From: Lama guanicoe
Lineage: Eukaryota
Direction: 5' to 3'
NCBI GenBank assembly: GCA_013239625.1
Contig: MU056960.1
Span: forward strand, 2,472,642-2,536,641
DNA: 64,000 nt
Positions within the stretch are counted from its first letter, which is position 1; each line of letters opens with the position of its first letter. This document shows, piece after piece, positions 1 through 11,647 of this stretch. The translations under genes were made by a program, and so were the position numbers. Under the pieces are notes generated by a model. It saw only the letters and a list, made by a program, of their open reading frames with translations. It had not been told where the DNA came from and did not search any database.

Positions 1-271
1 TTTTCACTTAGCCCTACTTGGCCCTGTCCCGTACTCATGTGACAACATCAGCAGCTGGTAACAGATTGCCCTTCTTGGCTAAGCAGCCAAAAACCATCTG
101 GTAACTCTGAAGCCAGCCTGGGACTGTGGCAACAGCAAAGCCACTGTCTACAGAAGCAGAGAACACCACTGGAGTGGGTTTTTCTTGGATTGTTTTGTTT
201 TGTTTTGTTTTGTTAAGCCTCAAACACTTTGCAAGATATTAGATGATTTTTACCACTTTATTTTCTTTAAG

Positions 272-375
272 ATTGCAGAACTAAATCTGGAGGCATTAGC
301 TAGTCACCAAGAACTGCATGCAGCAGGCCAAGAGCTGAGAAATACAGTGGAAGTAGTTCAGCAACTAAACACAAG
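272..375 (+). CDS. REXO5: REXO5 (NEF-sp) internal coding exon, IAELNLEALASHQ...QLNT(S)
   Basis: tttaag|ATT acceptor and AG|gtaaca donor; 104 nt (phase 0 to 2). The peptide matches mammalian REXO5 as recalled and joins the next exon in frame. Confidence 0.9.
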
Positions 376-882
376 GTAACACTTTTCACTTCTAAACAGT
401 TGCAGAGACAAATGAATTATCTGGTTTCTTATTTAACAATAAAACCTGGCAATTTTTTTTTTCTCTTTTGAGTCTGTTGAGGAATGTTTACCAATAAATA
501 GTGTGAGTAACATTTTTCCATCACAGAAACCATGGAGGGAAAAATACCACCTGTTGCCCTAAGTAGCTTCTATTTTTCCAATTTTCTGAATCTGTTGACT
601 AGACTTATAATGACTCACTTTACAAAAAAAGTTAGACATTGAAATATGTTGAATTAAGTGATATTAGGGGAAATGATAGACTAATGGGTATTTTGATTAG
701 AAAAGCCAGCTGTAGCCTTAATGTATTGCGCAGATTGGGGAAAAAAAAACAAGCAAAAAACACACTCGGGAGTTTGTCTCCACACCATAGTAAAAGTGTC
801 ATATCTTTAGAATCTAGTCTAAACTTTGATAAAGAGCTTTGAGTATATTTTTTGTTTATCTTTTCTCTCCCTAGATGTAGAG

Positions 883-1058
883 CAATACTGTCCAATCTGA
901 TTTCTACGATAGTGGAAATGTTCATTATCTGTGCTGTCCAGTAAAGTCCACACATAGTATGGAACATGTGACTAGTGCAGTTAAGGAACTGAAATTTTAT
1001 TTAATTGTAATTAATTTGAATAAGCACATGTTGCTAATGGCTACCATGTTAGTGCAAG
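883..1058 (+). mobile_element. MER3-like hAT-Charlie MITE
   Basis: ctgtccaat...gatagtggaaatgttc...gtgactagtgcagttaaggaactgaaatttta...gctaccatgtt resembles the MER3 consensus. Confidence 0.75.
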
Positions 1059-1122
1059 TATAGAGAAATAACTCTTAGGTTAGGGAAAACTGTTGTTCCT
1101 ACCTTGATCTCTTTCTTTACAG

Positions 1123-1243
1123 TGTTTTAGAATGCTTGGACTCAGTGGGCCAGAAGCTCCTTTTCTTGACCCAGGAGGCAGATGCTAGTGAACTTTCTTC
1201 TTCCAAAAACTGTCAAACAGTTAAGTGCTTTTCAAATAAAGAG
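1123..1243 (+). CDS. REXO5: REXO5 coding exon, VLECLDSVGQKLLFLT...FSNKE
   Basis: ctttctttacag| acceptor and GAG|gtgagt donor; 121 nt (phase 2 to 0), open frame. Confidence 0.93.
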
Positions 1244-1659
1244 GTGAGTGACCCACTGTCTCTTTGAAGGTTGCATTCAGAATAGAGGATAATGTAACTG
1301 TTTGCAACTCATGTGAGTGTCAAGGTGTTTTTCATCAGTCCTAGCTACCATTAGCCAGTCTGGCTTCTGTCTCACATTTTGTGTGGAGCACTTCTAGTCC
1401 CAGTTACCCCATAGGAGCAGAACTGTCAACTGCCAGTGTCTGTTTCCAGATCCCAGCAGTCCTGTGGCTTTGGCTTTGCACACCACTCTGAATTTCTGTT
1501 CTTTTTCTGGTTGATGGATATGTTTTTCTCTGTTTTTAGCCTGACTATATCTTTTTTCATTTTCTCTTTTTATATTTTACCTGTCACTGCTGTATGTGTA
1601 AAGCAGAAGGGATGCAGCAAAGCATGATTTATGTTACCTTGTTTAGAAGATCTGTATTT

Positions 1660-3236
1660 TTATTTAAAGCATTTTATTTGGAAATAATTTCCAAATTTGC
1701 ATGAACATCTATGTACCTTCTGTCTAGATCCATCTTCTGTTAACACTGCCCCATTTGCTTTAGCGTATGTATGCTGGCATGCTTGTGCACTCATGCTCTT
1801 TCTTCTCTTTTCCTCTGCCTATATGACATTTTATTTTCTAAACCATTTGAGAGTGAGCTGCATGTATCATGGTACTTTACCCCTAGATTCTTCAATGTGT
1901 ATTTCCTAAGAATAAAAATATTCTCTTATAGAATCACAGTAAGCTTTAGTGAATTTAATACTGATAAGTTACTTTTATCTAATTTTTGTCTATATTCTAG
2001 TTTTCTTATTTGTCCTCAAGCATTTATTTTCCCTTCACAACTGTATCCATACTAGGGTCACATGCTCCATTTAGTTGTCAAATCTTTTTAGTTTCTTTTA
2101 ATCTGAAACCATTGATCCTCAAGATGGTGTCCCATAAACCTCTTAGACTCTACTTGCTTTTCTTCATTCTTTTTCTTTTCTCTCACTTGATGATTTCAAA
2201 GATCTGTTTTCAAGTTTGCCTGGTCAAGTCCTATATTGAACCCCTTGAGTGAGTTTTTCAATTCACTTACTATATTTTTCAGCTCCAGAATTTGTTTTTT
2301 TAATAGTTGCTGTCTCTTTAGTTGAGATTTTCATTTAGGTCATGCATCAATTTCCTGATTTCATTAGTTGTTTATCTTTGTTCTCTTTTAGCTCATTCTG
2401 TGTTTCTTTAGGTGTGGTTTCTGGAGCTTTATTCTCTTCCTCTGATTGAGTCATTTTCCCCTGTTTTCTTTATATGTCATATGATTTTTTTTTTGGTAGG
2501 GCTCTAATAAAATGGGAAAAGAAAACAAAAAAGCCAACTACCTCTCCCATTGTTAGGGTCTGGCATTGTGGAAGGGAAGACTTTCATGATCAGCCCCACC
2601 CAAGGTTCTAGGACCTCTCAAACCTATTTTGAGAATGTGTCTTCTCTAAACTTGTGTATGTCCTTTTAGTTGTCTCATATTCCCTGAGCAGTTTGTCCCT
2701 GTTTGTTCTCAGAGCTTGTACTCTGTTGCTTCTCCTAACACTTGCTTTGGAACTGCAGCTCTAATGTGTTGTGATTGCATCTGTTTTCAGTGGCTCCGAA
2801 ACAAGGCTGCCAGTCCTATCAGTGCTCTGAGTCAGGCAAGACAGACACTAGTCCCTTCAGGCAGCCCACAGACTAGCCATGACATTGGATACATGGTCCG
2901 CTCTTTTGCTTCTGTTTAGGGGGAGGATCCCCAGTGTGGGATGTCTCCTCCATGTTGAGCCCTGCTAGGTCAGATAAGGGAGGGACACAAAACTCTGCAT
3001 ATTTTCCTTTCTCTCTTGCTGGAATCCCTTCTTATTTTGTTGTTGTTGGTGGTGGTGGTGGTTCTGAGTGCTATAGTTTCTCAATTGGTCTCTAGAGTTC
3101 TTGCAAAGGTATTCTGGTCTTTATAGTGTCATCGCAGTATCTGGAAGAATGAGGGCCTAGAGCTCCCTTGTACTCCATCTTGCTGAGGTCATGCTCTCTT
3201 TTTTCTTTTTTTTAAAGTGTTGGGGTTTTGTTTTTT

Positions 3237-3268
<32 letters not shown>

Positions 3269-3830
3269 AGAAAGATGTTACTGTGCTGGGAAGAATAAGA
3301 AGCTTATAATGCTCTTGGGAGGGATTGGCATTTGTTTTATTTATCTTTCTGCAGGATTCTTAATTTCCCTATTTCTTTCTTTTACTTAACTACTGTGTCT
3401 CCAACAGGGTATTGCCTCTTTTCTGTATACCCGATTTTTCCCCAGAAGTGCTGCTTCTCTGAGGCTGCCAAGCCTCTTCCTTGTAGTCAAGTGCTGTGAG
3501 CTATCCAAGTTGTGACCTGTGTTCATTATTTTGGCATTTAGTGGTACTTTCTTTCTGGGAGTGACTTTGTTTATGCTTCATCCAAGTCTTCCATCCCCTT
3601 GATTTTTTTTTTTTCCCTCCCAGAGTTTCTTGTGCCTCCTCTCCTTCCTCTCTACTCACAGGCTTGTAGCAATATGGGATGGTGGAATTTCTATTGGAAT
3701 TTAACTTATTTCTTTACTTAGAGGTAATTTGAAGTTTGTAGTAGTTTCTGTTTCTCAGTAATGCTAAAGATCTGGGTGCATGTAATTTTATTCCCTTTAC
3801 TTCCTACAAGACTGTGTAGTGTCACCAGAC
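1660..3830 (-). mobile_element. Patchwork of ancient antisense L1M fragments (L1MC-like 3' end plus 5'-region fragments)
   Basis: aaccatttgagagtgagctgcatgtatcatggtactttacccctag and ttttcagctccagaattt motifs; T-rich strand bias. Confidence 0.6.
3238..3267 (+). repeat. poly(T) run (~30 nt)
   Basis: Seen directly. Confidence 0.95.
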
Positions 3831-3983
3831 CTTTTCTTCTAGACCTTGAAGTCAGTCTCATAATGCTTTTTAAAATGGGTAAAAAGACAACCAATGTGTT
3901 TTTTTTAATTGTGGTTCAACTCCAAGAGCCACAGTAGACTACTGGGTTCCTGCTTCATTCAGGCTGTACTGTTCTCTCTGTAG

Positions 3984-4088
3984 GTTTTTGAGCAGGCCAG
4001 AGTGGAAATCCCCCTGTTTCCCTTCAGCATCGTGCAATTCTCTTTTGAACCCTTTCCACCCAACCTCACTGAGGAGATGAACAAAAGG
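3984..4088 (+). CDS. REXO5: REXO5 coding exon, VFEQARVEIPLFPFSIVQF...EEMNKR
   Basis: ctctctgtag| acceptor and AGG|gtaagt donor; 105 nt, phase 0-0. Confidence 0.93.
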
Positions 4089-4584
4089 GTAAGTGAATGG
4101 GTTCTGCTAGATGATTTATTTAATGGCTTATTATAATCTCCCCTCATTAAGGAAAGTAATCTGTACTGTATTAAGTTTACTGTGTGTTTCTCTATATTTT
4201 TCCTATGTGTATATTTCCATTTTAGGAAACACATTATTAAATGGGAATCAGACTATATGTACTGTTTTGCAGCTTTATTTTTCTTTAACCTTAACATTTT
4301 CTAATTTATCTTGTACAGTTTTTCATAGCACTGTATAATCTGATTTTCCTTATTTTTAATGGCTGCATAGTTTTCCATTGTATGATTATACCTATTTTCC
4401 ACATTTGCACTTCGGAATTTTTGCTATTCCAAGTAATGATTCAGTGAAATCCCTGTGTACAAATCCTTGTACATTTGGTGAGTGTTTGTGTTAAGAAATT
4501 CCTTGAAAGGAGTTATCCCATGTTTTGACTCATGATTTCTTCAGATCAGCACCTCCTAACAATATTCTGTTGTTTTTCTTATAG

Positions 4585-4722
4585 ATGAAGATCAAGTGGA
4601 CAGAGATGTCAACTGTCTTTGCTGGACCATTTAGCAAAAATTGTAACCTTACAGCTCTAAAGAGGCTGTTTAAGAGTTTTGGCCCAATCCGGTCAATGAC
4701 TCTTGTTCTTGAAACCCATCAG
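4585..4722 (+). CDS. REXO5: REXO5 coding exon, N-terminal half of RRM1 (MKIKWTEMSTVFAGPFSKNC...LETHQ)
   Basis: tttcttatag| acceptor and CAG|gtaatg donor; 138 nt, phase 0-0. Contains RNP2-like TVFAGPF and RRM-like LKRLFKSFGPI. Confidence 0.93.
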
Positions 4723-5844
4723 GTAATGAGACAAGAAAACTCAGATTTTGACCTTGTAGATTAATGCAGGAAATTCAGATGCCTTCTAGGGCCATTCAGA
4801 TAACAGATATTAGTGACGTGAGCTTGATTGTCACCAACTGCAGTGAGACATGCTCTGTCTCATGGGAGCAGTGTTCACTTAAAAGAATTTGTGCCCAGTA
4901 TTGCCAGGTCTTCTGGGGTTTTTTGTTTGTTTTGTTTTGAGAATTGAGAAATCTGCCAAATTCATATTGTTGGTTCAAATTTTCTTAAATATCATGTAGG
5001 CCAGACAAAGTGGGCTTCCTGCTTATGACCTCAGCTTTAAATGATAAAAAATGCCTTTTTGAAAGAGCGGTAGGTTCCATTTGTTGGGAAGTCTCTGTAG
5101 GGCTTAAATCCAAAGTAGGCTCATAGCTGGGTTAAAATAAGAAGGAACAGGACGTTTTTTGTTGTTAGTTCTCTAGTCTTATGGAGTTAGTCTGTTTATT
5201 AGTTATTTACATAAAAACCCTATAAAGAGTTTAATTATTTTTACTTTTCAAGAAAAAATACTTGCATATGGTTTAAAAAATTCCTGCTATTTTAAAAGGA
5301 TGTAATGAGTAAGCTTCTATCTTCATGGTCATAGCAGGAAGTCAGTAGGAAAAGTCTAAAGTTATTACATGAAGCAATAACAGCATTCTAAACACATTAC
5401 ACAGAGACAGGAAACCATGAAAAGAATTGAAAACAAAAACTTAAAATGTCTGTAGAATGATATACAATAACTGGTAACAATGAAGGCCTACAGGGAGAGA
5501 AGAACTAGGTGACTGGGAACAGAGGTTAGGGGAAGATTTTTCACTAAATTTTTTGTACCTTTAGAATTTTGACATAGGCAACTATTTATCTGGTGCATTA
5601 ATCTATTATGTATAGCTATTTAACATAACTAATAACTATAGTTTAATAACTATTAAAGTGAAGGAAAAATTCAAGTCTCCAAAGTGATCTAAGTGCAGAA
5701 TCCTCAATGTTTAAAATGTGCTTTCCCCAAATCTTTTATTAATGCCTTTCTTACACCTAAAAATAGAAATAAAAAGATCATTCCTGGGAAGGTAGACTGA
5801 AGCATGGGAAGGGTATGTCAGGGGACTGTAACTTCCTCCTGTAA

Positions 5845-5932
5845 GTCTTGTCTTGTCTTGCCTTTTTGTTTCTTCCCTTCCTTTTCCCCTTCCCCATCCT
5901 CCTTCTCCCCCTCCCCCCTTCTCTTCCTTCCA
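5845..5932 (+). repeat. CT-rich polypyrimidine low-complexity tract
   Basis: Seen directly. Confidence 0.8.
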
Positions 5933-6635
5933 TTTCATGAATATTTGGATTGTTTCCACCTTTTAGCCATCCTGAATAATGCTGCTATGAAATGAACATG
6001 GATATACAAATACCTGTTTGAGTCTGTTTTCAGTTTTTGCAGCATATACATGAAAGTAGAATTGCTGAGTTAAATGATAATTCTGTATCTAATTTTTTGA
6101 GGAACTACGATACTGTTTTCTCCAGTGGCTACACCATTTTATATTGTCACTTGCAATACCAAGGTTCCAATTTCTCTGCATTCCAGTTGACACTTGGTTT
6201 TGAGTGGGGGGAGGGGAGTGTTTTTGTTTTGATAATAGCCTCCCTAATGGATGTGAAGTGGTATCTGCTGATTTTGACTTGCATCTCCCTAACGATTAGC
6301 GATGTTGAGCATCTCTTCGTGTGCTAATTGGCCATTTGTGTATCTTCTTTAGAGAAGTGTCTGTTCAAGTCCTTTGCCTGTTTTTTACTTAGGTTATTTG
6401 ATTTTTGTTCTTGTTGAGTTTTAGGAGTTCTCTATATATTTTAGATATTAATCCTTTGTTAGATACATGATTTGCAAATATTTTCTACCATTCTTTCTGC
6501 CGCCTTTTGACATCATTGATAGTTCTTTGATGCACTTTTAAATTTTGATAAAGTCCAGCTTATCTTATTTTCTTTTGTGGTCTGTGCCCTTGATGTCATT
6601 CATATTGCTGAGTCCAGCAAAATGAAGCTTTTCTA
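5930..6635 (-). mobile_element. L1MB-like fragment (ORF2 C-terminus / 3'UTR), antisense
   Basis: gtttccaccttttagccatcctgaataatgctgctatgaa, gatgttgagcatctcttc...ggccatttgtgtatcttctttagagaagtgtctgttcaagtcctttgcc are hallmark L1 sequences. Confidence 0.88.
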
Positions 6636-7162
6636 TGGGAGCACTTTAATTTCTGTGATGATGCTATGGCTAAGGCCATCACAAAGATTTAGCTACCCTG
6701 TGTTAATCAAGTAGAAGAGTAGTCAGTTTGAAGATGTAAATCTAATAGAAGAATGTAAGAACCTCTACAGGCTTGTAGGAAAGCTGCTATCTAAATTTAA
6801 GCTAACAGGACAAATGGGAATCTCTACCTATGCTTTGCAGTGATGTTTAGTGATTCATAATAAATAGTACGAAAAGCAAGTTGGGTAGTCAGGAATTTGT
6901 TAGTGCTTTCCCCATACCACCCAGGGAGAGAAGGCTTCAATTTTAAGTGACAAATAAAGGTTGTGTATTTGAAAAACCAGTTCCTGAACCAGGGTGTTTC
7001 CATTTAAAATTGATGATCTGCAGTCAGTGTCTAGCCCAGTATAGCAAGGACATCCATTCTGGTGGCTTTGGCCTCTGTAGTTTAGTTGGGCCCCATTCCC
7101 AACCCTTCTCTAGCAGTTCGAACCTGGAAAGCAAAAGTAAGGAAACCTTGGTTTTTCTGCAG

Positions 7163-7255
7163 CCACATCTCTGTATACAGTACGAAGTCCTGGAAGCTGC
7201 CCAGCTGGCCATAGAGTCTTTGGATGGCATTCTATTAGAAGGTACCTGCGTCAAG
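7163..7255 (+). CDS. REXO5: REXO5 coding exon, C-terminal half of RRM1 (PHLCIQYEVLEAAQLAIESLDG...CVK)
   Basis: tttttctgcag| acceptor and AAG|gtaggg donor; 93 nt, phase 0-0. Lies within ORF 6947..7279. Confidence 0.93.
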
Positions 7256-7289
7256 GTAGGGTGGCCAGAGAAAGCATAAAGGAGCACTC

Positions 7290-7348
7290 TTTACTCAGCC
7301 CTCTGTTTTCAGTGCCTGTATTTACTCAGGCCTGTGTTTACAGTGCCC
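7290..7348 (+). repeat. Tandem duplication with a 31-bp period
   Basis: tttactcagccctctgttttcagtgcc vs tttactcaggcctgtgtttacagtgcc (24/27 identical). Confidence 0.85.
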
Positions 7349-7876
7349 CGAGGCATAACATCTTAGACAAGTGTCCTTGAGAGGCTCAGGCACAAGACTT
7401 TCTATTATGGAAAGTCTTAAGCCAAGCCTGGCATTCTTCTAGTGGTGACCTAAGACAAGACAGCTTTCTTTTTGTCCAAATCAGCCTGAACTACATTGGG
7501 TTCTTCCTGTACTCTTTATCAGTACTTAGGGTTTATTCTGGGTGGTCTTCTGTGGTTGCCCTTCACTTTACCTTTCAGCGGAAATCAAAAGGTATTTTGA
7601 AGTCTCTTATGCAGTTAAACAGAATTTCATTGCCATCGATGGCAAAGAGCTGATTACCACTGCGGGTGGTTGGGAAGAGAGTATTTACACAAAAATATTT
7701 ATGTTTTGTATTTATTTATCTTACTTAAGTCTCTACCATAGTCCTGTTGGCCAGTTATCATTAGCCTCCTTACACAGATGAGGAAACTACAGAATTAAAT
7801 TACTTGCTAGTATATAATAGTCCTGGGGGTTGAAATGATGACTTTTATACCACTAATGCCATGTTTCTTTGGTTAG

Positions 7877-8093
7877 GTGCAGAGGCCTGTGACGGAGCTC
7901 ACCCTTGACTGTGATGTGCTTGTAAATGAGCTGGAACAAGATTCTGAGAACCGAGGTACAATATACTTGTCTGGAGTAAGCGAAACCTTCAAAGAACGGC
8001 TGTTGCAGCAGTGTAACCTCTTCCTGGGACTAGAAGCTGTGATCTTGCCTAAAGATCTTAAAACTGGAAAGCAGAAAAATTACTGTTTCTTGA
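7877..8093 (+). CDS. REXO5: REXO5 coding exon, start of RRM2 (VQRPVTELTLDCD...KNYCFL)
   Basis: ttggttag| acceptor and TGA|gtaagt donor; 217 nt (phase 0 to 1). Lies within ORF 7877..8218. Confidence 0.93.
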
Positions 8094-8308
8094 GTAAGTC
8101 CAAGCCACCAATTATAGCCTTGGGGAAGGAGATTAGGGATGGTAATAACATGAGGTCAGAGAAAGGAAATTTTCACCAAATAAACCCTCCTGGGCTAAAC
8201 CAGGTCAGCATCTCCTGATTCTGTCCTTCTTCTTTGGCTGGGCTTCAGTTTGGGTGGTGATCAGCTTTTTTGACCCTTAATAACAGAAGTGGGTATTCTT
8301 GCTTTCAG

Positions 8309-8496
8309 AATTCAAAACTTTTGGCAGTGCCCAAAGGGCCCTTGACATTCTCAAAGGCAAGGACTGGAAGCTGAAAGGCAGGCATGCCCTAACCACTAGG
8401 CACCTCCATGCATGGCTCAGGGGATTACCTCCTGAATCAAGAAGGCCCCCAGGGCTTCGTGTCATACCTCCCCCCTCGGAGAAGGAAGCATTGCAG
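8309..8496 (+). CDS. REXO5: REXO5 coding exon, end of RRM2 (KFKTFGSAQRALDILKG...EALQ)
   Basis: gctttcag| acceptor and CAG|gtgagt donor; 188 nt (phase 1 to 0). Confidence 0.93.
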
Positions 8497-9431
8497 GTGA
8501 GTGAGTGAACGGATGTATCCTGAAGTTAGAGGAGAAAGGTAGCTAACTTGGTTTGCAGGCTGTAGGGATTGGCCTTCTGATTATGGAAATAGCAGAGTCC
8601 TACTCAGGTCTTCAGTCTTTTTTTTCCTGCCCCAGCACTAGTCCTACTTCACATTCCAGCTTCTTCCAGCCCTGGACACACCTTCTCCAAGATCTCTCCT
8701 ACTTTTGCCCCCTCTATTCTTGCTAAAATCAGGTTTTTAGTCCTCCAGGTGGCTCTCCAAGGGACTTTGAGGGGCTAACGTAGAAGTTGGAGAGCTGGAA
8801 AAGTCTTAAGTGACCTGAGGTTTTGTGAAGTGTGGTACATACACAAGATGATTTTTGGTGGTCATAGATGAACTTTTTTCCCCCACTTTTATAGCTATGA
8901 ACTTGTTTTCTACTATTCATTAAAGTATACAACCACGACATTGAGCCTGTGATTTCATGGATAGTAGTATTACTTAGATGAAGCTAAGGAAGAAATTGAC
9001 TCACTTTAAAGAAAATCATTAGAGGGATACACAGCAGAACCAGAAGTGTAAACCTAGAAGGTGAATGGCTTAAGTTTGGGAAACCCTGCCCTATTCTAAT
9101 CTCCCACACTTAGCAGATGACAGAGAGCAGGGCTGGTGAGCGCCTTGCCGAGGCAAGAGTCTAGACTAGAGCTCTCCTTAGTGACTTGCTTCCCTTTGCT
9201 TGGGGCCCTGGAAGATCCATTGGGAGGAAGGGACAGCAGCTGTCCTCCTAAACTGACTGGGAGGCCTAGGGATGCTGGGGTGGACAGGGAGCCCTGCAGT
9301 AGGGGCTTCAGTTTCAGACAGAACTTTTGCAGAGCCTCTCCTGGGAGCCTGAGGAGGAATGTTGCAGTTCCTCCACAGGTGAACAGAGGGTACTCTGACT
9401 GAGCGTCGTCAGCACCTGGCTTTGATCCTAG

Positions 9432-9550
9432 ATGCTGAAGGTGGACCACCCAAAGATAGCAGCCTGGCGCTGGAGCCGGAAAATAGGGAAGCTCTACCAC
9501 AGCCTGGGCTCAGGCACCCTTTGCCTCATCCTGCTGCCAGGAACCAAGAG
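9432..9550 (+). CDS. REXO5: REXO5 penultimate coding exon (MLKVDHPKIAAWRWSRKIGKLY...LPGTK)
   Basis: gatcctag| acceptor and GAG|gtaagg donor; 119 nt (phase 0 to 2). Confidence 0.92.
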
Positions 9551-9989
9551 GTAAGGACCAAACTGGTAGTCTCTTGATTCTGACTTCTGGACATAAGCTT
9601 TTCTTGGAGAAAGGCCTTTTGTTAACATCCAGGCACATAAATGAGGACTGAAATGAATCATCTCTTAGTTCTCACAGTTCTGAAAGATAGATACTGTATT
9701 CCTGTTTTACATGTATGTGCTCTTTTATAACTATACTTAGTGGTCCCTCAAGGGGACAGCTCATCCCATTTTAAAGGCAGAGGCCTTTAAACCTGCAACC
9801 TCTCTGGAACAAGAGGCACTTGAGTCACAATGGTCAAGAAGTTCTAAGGCAAGGCTCAGCTCAGTTGTGACCAAGGCCTTCCCATATATGAGGAGTTGTT
9901 CCTGCCTTTCCTGCCCTTTCCCCCCTGCCACCTCTGTTAACTTTTAAGAGCTAAAGCCTGTTTTGCTGATTCTAAGCCTGAGGAAAACT

Positions 9990-10110
9990 GGAGCAGGACT
10001 TTGGGTCTAGTCCCAGCTCTATCACCTATCTCCTCTGACAAGTGGCCAAGCCACTTTTCTCACTGTGGACCTCAGTTTCCCTTTGGTAAAATGAGGGATT
10101 TGGAGTAAAT
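9990..10110 (+). mobile_element. MIR/MIR3 SINE fragment
   Basis: gggtctagtcccagctct...ggacctcagtttccctttggtaaaatgaggg core. Confidence 0.8.
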
Positions 10111-10295
10111 CAGTAATTCTCAAACCCTTTAAATTATAAAACCCATACTTTAAAAGAAAAATTGATGTTAAATCCTAAAGCGTAAAGGTGAGCCATTCTG
10201 AAATGAGTGAGTAGATAGATGAATGAATGTGTATATGGGAGAAGGAGGGAAAGAGACATGGCTTTTTTGAAAAAAGTACAGTTTAAAAATCACTG
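10111..10295 (+). mobile_element. hAT-Charlie MITE (MER117-like)
   Basis: Terminal inverted repeats cagtaattctcaaac / gtttaaaaatcactg (12/15 match). Confidence 0.65.
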
Positions 10296-10804
10296 GGTTG
10301 TATTATTTCTAAAAAGCCCCTTAAAATTCTGACTTTCCAGGATTCTTCCCAGGCCCAAGGTCCCAGGTGGCAAAACATGAATACTCTAGGCCTTGGAGCC
10401 TGGATCAGAGCTCCAATCTTTAATTCCAGAGCTACTGTCCAGTACTCAAAGCTCCACTTGTCCATACCCAAAAGACCTATGACTTATTAGCTGAAGTTCA
10501 GACATCAGGTAGAGGCAGCTTCTGTGTTTGTCTTTGCTCATTTCTGCCTGTCTTGCCTTGGAGAGCACCTCAGCCCTCTAACCCAGTTCCATGAACATTC
10601 ACTTCAAGTGGCAGGGAACTAATATGTACTGGATGGCTCCTAAATTCTAAGCACTGTGCTAGGTGTTTTACAGCATACATTATTAAATAAGTTGACGTTT
10701 TGCAAAGTTTTAAAACAGTGCCTGGCGCGTGATAGGTGTTACAAAAGTGTTTTACGTAAAATGAAGAAAAAATCAATTCTAACAGCAATTTAAAAGGATT
10801 TTGA

Positions 10805-11030
10805 TGACTGCCATTCTTACCTGGTTTTGTCACTTACTGGTTGTGTGACTTGAGTAAGTTAAACAATGCCTGTGAGCCTGTTTCTTAATTTGAAAAGTAT
10901 ACATAACAATCATATCTACATCAGTACCTACATAAGGTACATGAACTGTTTGGAGAATTAAATGAGAACACATATGAAGTGCTTACATGCAGTAAGTCCT
11001 CCATATATGTTAATATGTTAGCTATTACTG
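10805..11030 (+). mobile_element. MIR SINE
   Basis: cacttactggttgtgtgacttgagtaagtta...gagaattaaatgaga...gtgctta...gttagctatt. Confidence 0.8.
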
Positions 11031-11031
11031 T

Positions 11032-11216
11032 ATGTACTCCTCACAAAAGCCCTGTGAGATAATAATTTAAATATTTAATAGTTTTATAGTTGAAACTGAG
11101 GATCAGTTTGAGATCATTCATCCTTAGTTGAAATACACCTCACATCTGTTAAGTGGCAGAGCTATGATTTGATTCTAGGCATCTGGGACTAGTCAGTATT
11201 CTTTCCATTGAACCAT
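11032..11216 (-). mobile_element. MIR SINE (antisense)
   Basis: cctcacaaaagccctgtgag...gaaactgagg...taagtggcagagctatgatttgattctaggcatctg. Confidence 0.75.
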
Positions 11217-11382
11217 TTTCAGCAGGTAGCTTTCCATAAGTAAGCTGTCGACCTGCCTGACCCCTGCTCCATAGCACATACACATGCCCCCCACCCAAAA
11301 ACAAAAAACTTCTCTACCTGAGTTTATGACCATTCATTCACTTCTGTAGACAAAAACTATGATCATTCCTCATCTGTTGCAG

Positions 11383-11464
11383 CACTCATGGATCGCTCTC
11401 TGGCCTAGGGCTGATGGGAATAAAAGACGAAGAGGAAAACACCACCCCAAACATGTGCTCGTGA
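11383..11464 (+). CDS. REXO5: REXO5 last coding exon ((S)THGSLSGLGLMGIKDEEENTTPNMCS*)
   Basis: ctgttgcag| acceptor; phase 2 continues to TGA at 11462-11464. Matches the recalled REXO5 C-terminus. Confidence 0.92.
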
Positions 11465-11641
11465 GTCTGCCCACCACTTCCCATGTGCCATTCTTACCGC
11501 TCGAGGGCCGTGGCAGAGAATGTGATCAGGCTGCAGGCACTCTGGAGGCTGCCAGGCCTCTCTGTGTAGCAGACAGCTTTTGTGGAAATGTTGTACCAGT
11601 TAACGGAATCTAATCTATTTATATGGCACGTACAAATTTTC

Positions 11642-11647
11642 AATAAA
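11642..11647 (+). terminator. REXO5 polyadenylation signal AATAAA
   Basis: First AATAAA after the stop codon (~180 nt downstream), followed by U/GU-rich sequence near 11700-11730. Confidence 0.8.

Noticed and set aside
11419-11424. AATAAA inside the last REXO5 coding exon
   Set aside because: Forced by the Gly-Ile-Lys codons. Its use would give a non-stop mRNA, and a normal signal exists at 11642.
11461-11466. GTGAGT overlapping the REXO5 stop codon (possible donor for an alternative C-terminus)
   Set aside because: Poor exonic context (CTC|) and no supported downstream exon.
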